The notes under the pieces: model-generated
Seen by the model: only the letters and a program-made list of their open reading frames with translations
The model's database searches: none
Told to the model about the DNA's origin: nothing
Part shown: piece after piece, positions 1 to 7,725 of the stretch
How positions within the stretch are numbered: position 1 is the first letter of the stretch
Layout: each line of letters opens with the position of its first letter
Made by a program: the position numbers and the translations under genes
From: an uncultured Rickettsiales bacterium
GTDB lineage: Bacteria; Pseudomonadota; Alphaproteobacteria; Rickettsiales; JABCZZ01
Length of the DNA stretch: 40,682 nucleotides
Direction: 5' to 3'
Assembly: GCA_964520155.1 (NCBI GenBank)
Contig: CAZFOM010000002.1
Coordinates: forward strand, 1,703-42,384

Positions 1-233
1 GTGTTGCGGCACGCTACAAACAATCGAATGTGTCCGTCATTCCTGTCGCACTGAATTCCGGATTATGCTGGAGCAAAAATGCGTTTGTGAAAACACCCGG
101 AGTTATTACGCTTGCGTTTCTTCCGGCCATTCCCGCCGGAATGGATCCCCGCGCGTTCATGCAGCGACTCGAAGACCAGATCGAAACCACCACTACGCGG
201 CTGGAACAATCCGCTGTAGAGGCGAGGAAATAA
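1..233 (+). CDS. plsC: 1-acyl-sn-glycerol-3-phosphate (lysophospholipid) acyltransferase family protein, C-terminal fragment; 5' end lies outside the window
   Basis: The frame is open from the window edge (VAARYKQSNVSVIPVALNSGLCW...). The VIPVALNSG..W....F.K.PG.I.L.FLP.IP pattern is typical of alphaproteobacterial PlsC-type acyltransferases. Confidence 0.6.
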   Translation, partial: VAARYKQSNVSVIPVALNSGLCWSKNAFVKTPGVITLAFLPAIPAGMDPRAFMQRLEDQIETTTTRLEQSAVEARK

Positions 234-876
234 TCCGCCCTTCCTTGAGCCGTATCACCGGATATTGAAACAGCGAGATGAGGTTCTCATCATGGGTGGC
301 AAATAAAATCGTTGTGCCGGTTTTATTGAGCGCTTCAAACAGATACATGAATTTGAGCGCCAGCCCCGCATCGAGGTTTCCGGTCGGCTCATCCGCAATC
401 AATAGATCCGGTTTGGTGATCACCGCGCGCGCAATCGCCACGCGTTGTTTCTGCCCGCCGGATAAGATCTCAGGGCGCGCTTTGTGATAGACACCAAGCC
501 CCACCCATGCGAGGAGCTCTTTCACTTTCTGCGCAATCTGCGCGGACGGCTCGCCGGCCACTTTGAGTGGCAGCCCGACATTTTCTTCCACCGTCAAATG
601 ATCGAGCAGACGGTAATCCTGAAATACGGTGCCGATGCGGCTGCGCAGTTTTGCCAGTTGCGTCCGCTCGAGCTGCGCCACATTGTGACCAAACATTGTC
701 ATCTTCCCGCGCGAGTGTTTGTGCGACAGTGCCAATAAACTGAGCAGCGACGATTTCCCCGCCCCGCTTTCACCGGACACGAAATGAAACGATCCAGGTT
801 CAAGCGTAAGCGAAATATCCTTAAGCACTTCCTGCCCGCTCAGATATCCCATCGAAATTTTTTCCAGCCGGATCAT
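193..876 (-). CDS. ftsE: cell division ATP-binding protein FtsE
   Basis: Walker A GESGAGKSS, signature LSGGQKQRV, Walker B LLIADEPTGNLD, ~227 aa. The start is taken at MIRLEKI (876) rather than the ORF-track start at 951. It is divergent from an MJ0042 zinc-ribbon gene, as in many alphaproteobacteria. Confidence 0.85.
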   Translation of the reverse strand: MIRLEKISMGYLSGQEVLKDISLTLEPGSFHFVSGESGAGKSSLLSLLALSHKHSRGKMTMFGHNVAQLERTQLAKLRSRIGTVFQDYRLLDHLTVEENVGLPLKVAGEPSAQIAQKVKELLAWVGLGVYHKARPEILSGGQKQRVAIARAVITKPDLLIADEPTGNLDAGLALKFMYLFEALNKTGTTILFATHDENLISLFQYPVIRLKEGRIISSPLQRIVPAA

Positions 877-978
877 GATTCGTCTAAGTGCCCGATTTTT
901 TGCTTTATTTTGCGTGTACGAATGTGTTACACAGACGAAGAATAAAGGCACGAAAAAACGCTGGGGGCAATCACTTTC

Positions 979-1713
979 ATGATACTCACATGCCCAAACT
1001 GCACGACACGCTATCTGGTCGCCGCGGAATCCATCGGTGCGGAAGGCAGGCAGGTGCGCTGCGCGAGTTGCTCCTACACCTGGTATCAGGATCCGCAGTA
1101 CCCTTCCGCGGAAACCGAGGCCGCTTCCCCTCCCGAGCCGGCATTTTCTTCCGATCCGGATCTGTCGAAATACGATATCCCGATTGAAAGCGGTGTATCC
1201 GCGTACAGCCAGTCGCTTGCCGCCTCGAATACAAAATCACCTGCGGAAAGCGCTCCCGCTCCGTACGGACTGAAGCTCGCTTTCTGGTTACTCCTCGTGC
1301 TGGCACTGCTTACGGCAGGCACCGTGTTTCACGGCTCGGTCATCAAATATCTTCCGTTGACCGAACCGATCTATGCCTTGTCGGGCATGTATTCGTCCAA
1401 AGGCGTGGCGCTCACCGACATTCGCGTAAAAAAGCTACAGGCAAAAGGCGCGCCGCGCTACACCATCACCTGCAAGATCATCAATCTGTCGGATACCGCG
1501 CGCCGCCTGCCCGCGCTCACCGTATCGCTCATTGATGCGAGCGGCAACGTAATCACGTCGCAGCGTCAGCGTATGTCGCGCGACACACCGCTCAAGCCGC
1601 AGGAATCCATCGCCTGTGATACGCTGCAGATTGAACTGGTTCACGCGTCAAAAAACACAAAACAGGTACGGCTGGATATCGGCAGCCCCTACGATGTGAT
1701 GCTCAGGGATTAG
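979..1713 (+). CDS. MJ0042-type zinc-ribbon domain protein with TM segment and DUF3426-like C-terminal domain
   Basis: N-terminus is MILTCPNCTTRYLV....G..VRCASCSYTW (CxxC...CxxC). A Pro/Ser-rich linker, one hydrophobic helix and a C-terminal beta-rich domain follow. Confidence 0.8.
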   Translation: MILTCPNCTTRYLVAAESIGAEGRQVRCASCSYTWYQDPQYPSAETEAASPPEPAFSSDPDLSKYDIPIESGVSAYSQSLAASNTKSPAESAPAPYGLKLAFWLLLVLALLTAGTVFHGSVIKYLPLTEPIYALSGMYSSKGVALTDIRVKKLQAKGAPRYTITCKIINLSDTARRLPALTVSLIDASGNVITSQRQRMSRDTPLKPQESIACDTLQIELVHASKNTKQVRLDIGSPYDVMLRD

Positions 1714-1720
1714 GATTGTC

Positions 1721-2254
1721 ATGGAATCAAGAAACGTGACCGTTCTGTATACCGCTGACGATATCCGTGAACGGGTGAAGGCTCTGGCTAAAGAAATCGC
1801 CGAACGTATGCCAAACAACCTGATGATTGTCTCGCTGCTGCGCGGCAGTTTCATGTTCACTTCCGATCTCGTGCGCGAGATGTATCATATCGGAATGCAC
1901 CCGCAGATTGATTTCATGACACTGTCAAGCTACGGCAAAGGAACGAAATCCGCGCCCAAGGTACAACTCAACCGTGACATTACCGAAGATGTCGCCGGTC
2001 GCCATGTGCTGATCGTGGATGATATTCTGGAATCCGGTAAAAGCATTGCCTTCGCCAAAAATCTCATCGTCGAACGCGGCGCGATGAGCATCAAAGTCTG
2101 CGTGCTACTCGAAAAACCGGGCAAACGCGAAATTCCCGTAGATGCGGATTTCCGCGGCTTCATGATCCCTGACAAATTCGTCGTCGGCTACGGTCTCGAC
2201 TACGCGAATTATTATCGTGAGCTGCCGTATGTCGGGTTTATTGACATTCACTAG
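1721..2254 (+). CDS. hpt: hypoxanthine phosphoribosyltransferase
   Basis: PRPP-binding motif VLIVDDILESGKS and C-terminal VVGYGLDYANYYRELPYVG, 177 aa. Confidence 0.9.
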   Translation: MESRNVTVLYTADDIRERVKALAKEIAERMPNNLMIVSLLRGSFMFTSDLVREMYHIGMHPQIDFMTLSSYGKGTKSAPKVQLNRDITEDVAGRHVLIVDDILESGKSIAFAKNLIVERGAMSIKVCVLLEKPGKREIPVDADFRGFMIPDKFVVGYGLDYANYYRELPYVGFIDIH

Positions 2255-2286
2255 GGTTGATGGTCAATAGTTGATGGTTGATAGGA
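2255..2286. repeat. heptanucleotide tandem repeat (TGGTTGA-type) filling the hpt/lysA convergent spacer
   Basis: gggttga tggtcaa tagttga tggttga tagg. The same family occurs at 6275-6306 and 9373-9411. Confidence 0.8.
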
Positions 2287-2287
2287 G

Positions 2288-3544
2288 TTACCAACTCGGC
2301 AACTGTTCCAATCCCATCTGCTCTTCATAGGTCGGGCGGCGGCGGACGATCGAGAATTTGGAGCCGTTCACCAGCACCTCAGGAACAAGCAATCGCGCAT
2401 TATACGTGCCGCTCATCACCGCGCCGTATGCTCCGGCTGAGCGAAACACCATCAGATCATCAGGTTTGGGAACTTTGAGCAAGCGCTGCTCGGCGAATAT
2501 ATCACCCGTTTCACAGACCGGCCCAACAATATCCATGAGTTCCGTGGGCGCATCCTCACGCACCATCACTGGCACAATCGCGTGATACGCATCATAAAGC
2601 GTCGGGCGGATGAGGTCATTCATCCCCGCATCCAGAATCAGAAACAGGCGGTTTGCACCTTTCTTCACATAAATCACTTTCGACACCAGAATGCCGGCAT
2701 TGCCAACAATCAAACGCCCTGGCTCAAAGATCAGTTGGCAATTCAATCCTTTGGTTTTCTCACGCACAATCTCCGCATAGGAGGAAGGAACCGGTGGCGG
2801 TTCGGCCTGACCGTAAGGAATCCCAAGCCCGCCGCCTAGATCGAGCGTACGGATGTTGTGCCCGTTCGCCCGCAGCGCGCGCACAAACTGCGCCAACCGC
2901 TCAAACGCCGCCGCAAAAGGTTGCAGGCTGGTAAGCTGCGAACCGATATGCACCGATACACCCTGCACATCAACACCTGACAAGGATTTCGCGATAGCAT
3001 AAAGCGGCAACGCCTGCTCCATCGGAATGCCGAATTTGCTTTCCTTCTGGCCGGTTGAAATTTTGCTGTGCGTGATCGGGTTGACATCGGGATTCACGCG
3101 GATCGCAATCGCTGCTTTTATCTTCTTTGACCGTGCCACCTGATCGAGCAGCATCAGTTCGGGTTCGGATTCCACATTGAACTGAAAAATGCCCTGATCC
3201 AGCCCATACGCCATTTCTTCCGCGGTTTTTGCCACACCTGAAAACACAATATCCTTGGGCGCAATACCTGCTTTCATCGCGATGCGGATTTCGCCCTGTG
3301 ACACGACATCCGCACCCGATCCAAGTTTGGCAAGCGTGTTGATCACCGCGATATTACTATTGGCTTTCACCGCGTAACAGATTTTAGCATTAAGCCCCGC
3401 AAAGGATTCGGCGAACACCTGATAATGCCGCGCCAGTGTTGCGGTGGAATAGCAGTAAAACGGCGTGCCTACCTCACGCGCCATTTCCGCGATGGAAACA
3501 TCTTCTGCAAACAGCTCATTTCCACGGTAAGCAAAGTGATCCAT
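2288..3544 (-). CDS. lysA: diaminopimelate decarboxylase
   Basis: 418 aa, PLP-lysine context YAVKANSN, GGGLGIPY, CETGD motif. Confidence 0.95.
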   Translation of the reverse strand: MDHFAYRGNELFAEDVSIAEMAREVGTPFYCYSTATLARHYQVFAESFAGLNAKICYAVKANSNIAVINTLAKLGSGADVVSQGEIRIAMKAGIAPKDIVFSGVAKTAEEMAYGLDQGIFQFNVESEPELMLLDQVARSKKIKAAIAIRVNPDVNPITHSKISTGQKESKFGIPMEQALPLYAIAKSLSGVDVQGVSVHIGSQLTSLQPFAAAFERLAQFVRALRANGHNIRTLDLGGGLGIPYGQAEPPPVPSSYAEIVREKTKGLNCQLIFEPGRLIVGNAGILVSKVIYVKKGANRLFLILDAGMNDLIRPTLYDAYHAIVPVMVREDAPTELMDIVGPVCETGDIFAEQRLLKVPKPDDLMVFRSAGAYGAVMSGTYNARLLVPEVLVNGSKFSIVRRRPTYEEQMGLEQLPSW

Positions 3545-3547
3545 TGC

Positions 3548-3691
3548 TTACACCGCCCCGCCCGTTTTAGGCACAACACGCTCCTGCTTTTTCGGATCCT
3601 CTTTGGGCAGTTTGAGATTCTTCTTCACACCGCAGGCCGAAAGCGAGAGCGCGAATGCAAGCGCAATGATGATGGAGATAAAGGGTTTCAT
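3548..3691 (-). CDS. small lipoprotein (47 aa), LptM/YifL-like (LPAM_2-type) candidate
   Basis: Absent from the ORF track (<60 aa). Hand translation gives [47 protein letters not shown]. It has an LSAC lipobox followed by G.K..L.LP. Its ATG overlaps the argH TGA (ATGA) and its stop lies 3 nt before the lysA ATG. Confidence 0.6.
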   Translation of the reverse strand: MKPFISIIIALAFALSLSACGVKKNLKLPKEDPKKQERVVPKTGGAV

Positions 3692-5130
3692 AGATACTTC
3701 TTTCTCGCAGCTTTGATCGCTTCACGCACGCGCTTGGGTGCAGTACCGCCAAACGATTCACGACTGCGCACCGATTGCTCGACACTCAACACATCATAAA
3801 TGCCTTGATGAATACGTTTATCCAATTTCTGCATGTCCTTTAGTGGCACGTCTTCCAACCCCACACGGCTTGCCGCTGCCAGCTTCACAATTTTTGCCGT
3901 GATGTGATGCGCTTCGCGAAACGGGATACGCAGTTCGCGCACCAGCCAGTCCGCGAGATCGGTTGCGGTGGAATACCCCGACGCAGCCTGATGCCGCAGT
4001 ATATCGGCATGTACGCCAAAATCACGTACCATGCCTTCCGTTACGCGTAGGCAGAGGGAAAGCTGGTCGAAGGAATCAAACACCGGCGGCTTATCTTCCT
4101 GCAGGTCCTTGTTGTAGGCTAAGGTCAGTCCCTTGAGAATTGTCAGTAGCGCAATCAGGTTACCGTTAATGCGTCCGGTTTTTGCACGCAGCAACTCCGC
4201 CGCATCGGGATTGCGTTTTTGCGGCATGATGGATGAACCGCTCGTAAACCGATCCGACAGATGGATGAACCGAAACTGCGCCGATGACCAGATCACGAAT
4301 TCTTCGGCAAGACGCGACAGATGCACCGCGCAGATCGAACAAGCCGCAAGAAACTCGAGTGCAAAATCTCGCGAGGCAACCGCGTCGAGCGAATTGCTCA
4401 TAGGCGCGGTAAACCCTAATGCTTTGGCGGTGGCATGACGATCGAGCGGGAAGGACGTACCCGCAAGCGCCGCTGCCCCGAGCGGAGATTCATTCAGTCG
4501 CGCGCGACAATCTTTTAACCGTCCGCGGTCGCGCCCCAGCATCTCCACATACGCCATCAGATGATGCCCAAACGTCACCGGTTGCGCCACCTGCAAATGC
4601 GTAAATCCGGGCATGATGATCTGCGCGTATTCCTCCGCACGGGCAAGCATGGCCGCCTGCACATTACGCAATTCCACATCGAGCACGTCAATCGCATCCC
4701 TCACCCAGAGGCGGAAATCGGTCGCCACTTGATCGTTGCGCGAACGCGCCGTGTGAAGTTTTCCCGCTGGCTCCCCAATCAGCTCCTTAAGCCGCACCTC
4801 GATATTCATGTGAATATCTTCAAGCTCCGCACGAAACGGGAATGTATCCGCCTCGATTTCGAGTTTGATCTGATCCAAGCCTTTCTGTATGGCCGCATTA
4901 TCTTTGGCAGAAATAATCCCCTGTTTCGCAAGCATTATGGCGTGCGCCTTTGAGCCAGCAATATCCTGCCGGTATAGCCGCCGATCCACATCAATGGATT
5001 GGTTGATCGCCGCCATCAGCGCATCCGGCCCTGAGTCAAACTGGCCACCCCAAAGTGGATTGGCCTTCGCTTTTGGAGCAGTTTTACTTGCTTTTTGACG
5101 ATCTTTCTTGTTTGTAGGGGGCGTGTTCAT
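3688..5130 (-). CDS. argH: argininosuccinate lyase
   Basis: 480 aa, LWGGQF N-terminal motif, fumarate-lyase signature [13 protein letters not shown] Lys-rich ~25-aa N-terminal extension precedes the conserved core. Confidence 0.95.
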   Translation of the reverse strand: MNTPPTNKKDRQKASKTAPKAKANPLWGGQFDSGPDALMAAINQSIDVDRRLYRQDIAGSKAHAIMLAKQGIISAKDNAAIQKGLDQIKLEIEADTFPFRAELEDIHMNIEVRLKELIGEPAGKLHTARSRNDQVATDFRLWVRDAIDVLDVELRNVQAAMLARAEEYAQIIMPGFTHLQVAQPVTFGHHLMAYVEMLGRDRGRLKDCRARLNESPLGAAALAGTSFPLDRHATAKALGFTAPMSNSLDAVASRDFALEFLAACSICAVHLSRLAEEFVIWSSAQFRFIHLSDRFTSGSSIMPQKRNPDAAELLRAKTGRINGNLIALLTILKGLTLAYNKDLQEDKPPVFDSFDQLSLCLRVTEGMVRDFGVHADILRHQAASGYSTATDLADWLVRELRIPFREAHHITAKIVKLAAASRVGLEDVPLKDMQKLDKRIHQGIYDVLSVEQSVRSRESFGGTAPKRVREAIKAARKKYL

Positions 5131-5138
5131 GAGGGGCT

Positions 5139-5705
5139 ATGGTGTTGAAAAAATCTGTTGTAATCAAACTGGTTTTTGCGGTTTTGGCAACCGTTTTAGC
5201 AGTGACGTATATGACGCATCGCGCAACGGCCACCACTGCCACCGTCGAATCCGAAGCACCGGCGAAGGAAAAAGAAGAGTTTGAACAGCTCGAAATTACG
5301 TTTCTCGATGGAAACGGCAAACCGAAAAATCTCGATGTGTATCGCGGAAAACTGATCCTGCTGAACCTGTGGGCCACCTGGTGCGCGCCGTGCGTCAAAG
5401 AAATGCCAGCGCTTTCGGATCTGCAACGGGAATTCGGCAAGGACGGGCTGGTGGTCGTAACCTTATCGGCTGACGGCAATGTGGATCTCATCCGCGAGTT
5501 CTACAAAGCGCGCAACATCAATAATCTGCCGCTGTATCGTGATCAGCAGATGAAAACCTTTATTCAGCTTGAAGCTAAGGGACTGCCGGTGACCAGCCTG
5601 CTTGGGGTGGACGGCAACGAAATTGAGCGCTTTGAAGGGTATGTGGATTGGACTAAACCCGAAATCCGCAAGCTCATTACCGATAATCTTCCGAAAAAAG
5701 AATAG
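5139..5705 (+). CDS. tlpA: thiol:disulfide interchange protein, TlpA/redoxin family (membrane-anchored thioredoxin-like)
   Basis: N-terminal TM anchor and WATWCAPC active site. It is divergent from argH, as in many alphaproteobacteria. Confidence 0.8.
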   Translation: MVLKKSVVIKLVFAVLATVLAVTYMTHRATATTATVESEAPAKEKEEFEQLEITFLDGNGKPKNLDVYRGKLILLNLWATWCAPCVKEMPALSDLQREFGKDGLVVVTLSADGNVDLIREFYKARNINNLPLYRDQQMKTFIQLEAKGLPVTSLLGVDGNEIERFEGYVDWTKPEIRKLITDNLPKKE

Positions 5706-5718
5706 TCACTATCGTTAA

Positions 5719-6603
5719 TTACGACCACACAAACCGCTCGCACACATACTGCGCACAAACTTCACATTCGATCAGTATGGATTCGGTTTTTTGTAAGTAA
5801 GTTGGGTCATCGGGTGTTCCCACTTCGGCAGCAAGCACCCCGCCCGTCACCAGCATCGAATCTATATTCATGCGATTCGCTCCGGCAATATCCGTGCGTG
5901 GGCTATCACCGATCGCGAGTATCTTGCTTCGAGGAATTCCACGAAGCCGCCGCAAACATTCTTCATATACCAGCAGATGCGGTTTGCCATAATAGATCAC
6001 CTCGCCGCCACGACGCTCATACTCCGCCGCAATCACCCCCGCACAGGCTACTCGCTCACCCGATTGACGCACCACTTCCCTATCCGGATTGATGCAGTGC
6101 ATCGGTAACTTGTTTATTAAACACTCATTCAAAAATGGTTCGATCTCTCGCATCGGCTGGTGATCTACCGCAAAGTGTGACACCAGTGCAAAATGTGCTT
6201 TTGTTGCATCATCTGTCTCCACATAGCCGAGGTCTTTGATGATTTGACGATCTTTTTCAAGGCCGAGATAGAGATAGTTGATGGTTGATGGTTGATGGTT
6301 GATAGGAAGAGCTTGCCCATCCATTCTCTCTTTCAACACCTGATATGCCGCTTCGCCGGAAGTCAGGATCTGATCATACAGTTCGCGGGCAATGCCCATG
6401 GCGTGCATCGCCTCCACCACCACACTCACTCGGCGCGGGGCGTTGGATAGTAGGATGGTTTTCCTACCTGCTTCTTTCAATTTCGTGAGGCACTCCAACA
6501 CGCCCGCATAGGGCTTCTGCCCATCATGAATCACCCCCCATAGATCGAGAATGAAGGCGTCATAGTGTGGGACAAGTTCGGAAATGGAGTGGATGTACTG
6601 CAT
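5719..6603 (-). CDS. HAD-superfamily class IIA hydrolase (TIGR01459-like)
   Basis: YDAFILDLWGVIHDG (DxD-type nucleophile motif), LLSNAPR, GDSPRTDIAGA. The start is set at MQYIHSI (6603). The ORF-track extension to 6783 is a translation of a palindromic repeat element. Confidence 0.8.
   Translation of the reverse strand: MQYIHSISELVPHYDAFILDLWGVIHDGQKPYAGVLECLTKLKEAGRKTILLSNAPRRVSVVVEAMHAMGIARELYDQILTSGEAAYQVLKERMDGQALPINHQPSTINYLYLGLEKDRQIIKDLGYVETDDATKAHFALVSHFAVDHQPMREIEPFLNECLINKLPMHCINPDREVVRQSGERVACAGVIAAEYERRGGEVIYYGKPHLLVYEECLRRLRGIPRSKILAIGDSPRTDIAGANRMNIDSMLVTGGVLAAEVGTPDDPTYLQKTESILIECEVCAQYVCERFVWS
6275..6306. repeat. heptanucleotide tandem repeat tagttga(tggttga)3tagg inside the HAD hydrolase CDS
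   Basis: Read in frame on the minus strand it gives ...PINHQPSTINY.... Same family as 2255-2286 and 9373-9411. Confidence 0.8.
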
Positions 6604-6618
6604 GAAAGACCTTATCTC

Positions 6619-6750
6619 GTCATCGCGAGCAATAGCTAGATGGTTTAACCTGTCATGCCGCACTTGTTGCGGCATCCAGCCGGATCCCGCAATGAATGCG
6701 GGATGACATAGAAAACTGGATCGCCACACAACTGCGCCGCTCGCAATGAC
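6619..6750. repeat. composite nested palindromic repeat element ('GTCATCGCGAGC ... CGCTCGCAATGAC' outer arms with two inner hairpin modules)
   Basis: The outer arms at 6619-6630 and 6738-6750 are reverse complements. Inner hairpins are gtcatgccgcacttgttgcggcatcc (6652-6677) and ggatcccgcaatgaatgcgggatgac (6682-6707). Related copies lie at 11104-11208, 11803-11890 and 12209-12318. Confidence 0.8.
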
Positions 6751-6793
6751 GAAACTTAATATCAGCTTTCGCTGGTATGACAACTAGTAAGGC

Positions 6794-7684
6794 TTATCGC
6801 GCCTGACTGCTTGGTGTTTCTCCCCACCCTATTCTGGTGGTGTGTTTGGTTCTTTTGGGAACATTGACTGGATCAATGGAAGTGACTTCATCTGAAAAAT
6901 TGATGCGTACATTCCCACATCCAAACCGCCCATCGCTATTAGCGCGAGGTTCTGGATGACTCAACATAAGCTCCAGACTCCCTCGCCTCCATTGCCATTT
7001 CGTTTTTCCAAGCGTCACTCGTGACTTATGCTTGTCATCCGGCGCTAAATTTTCTACGCGATCATCATCCGAATGGCTGAGTGCAGATCCCGCCAACTCG
7101 TTAGGTAATTGCACCAGTTTCATACCACCCTGTTCTGCCCGTTTGCAGAGATTATCGTCATCCCCACCCCAGGCAGAATATGCTTCATCATATCCGGTCA
7201 GTGCTTCAAAGCATTCACGCATCATCGCGATTCTTCCAGTAACACTAGGAAGGGGTTTACGATTTAATGTAGTCAAATAGTGTATAGGATTTGTTCGCGA
7301 TCGGCCAATGATGCTATTCGGATTTTTGGTGAATACCTCGTTCAGGTATCTTGAAAAATTTGGAACCACCATATTATCCGCATCGAGATTGCAGAGTATA
7401 TCCCCCGTTGCCAGCCGGTGTGCCATGTTTTTGGCGTGTGCCATTTTGAAATGCTCACCGTCATCGTACCGTGCATAGCGGATACGGCCTGATGCGACTT
7501 CCTTGGAATAATTCTGTTTGATCCACTCTGCCAGACCATCTTCACTGGTGTAATCGAGCACCACAAACTCGACATCGGGATTATCTTTTTCTGCTTCCAA
7601 GTTGTGCGGAAGGGTTTGCTGCAGATGATGCAGACGGCCTTTGCAGGTGGTGCAGTAAGAAACCTTCACAGCATAACTCCCCAA
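6794..7684 (-). CDS. GT-A fold glycosyltransferase (family 2 / galactosyltransferase-C-like)
   Basis: VSYCTTCKGR..HL, VVLDY, DxD-like NLDADN, and a GYDE..SAWGGDDDNL motif like the WGGEDDD of beta-1,4-GalT-type enzymes. Confidence 0.55.
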   Translation of the reverse strand: MGSYAVKVSYCTTCKGRLHHLQQTLPHNLEAEKDNPDVEFVVLDYTSEDGLAEWIKQNYSKEVASGRIRYARYDDGEHFKMAHAKNMAHRLATGDILCNLDADNMVVPNFSRYLNEVFTKNPNSIIGRSRTNPIHYLTTLNRKPLPSVTGRIAMMRECFEALTGYDEAYSAWGGDDDNLCKRAEQGGMKLVQLPNELAGSALSHSDDDRVENLAPDDKHKSRVTLGKTKWQWRRGSLELMLSHPEPRANSDGRFGCGNVRINFSDEVTSIDPVNVPKRTKHTTRIGWGETPSSQAR

Positions 7685-7725
7685 TTGAGGGTGAGTTTAG
7701 CAGGCTAGGGTTAAAAAGCCCTTAA

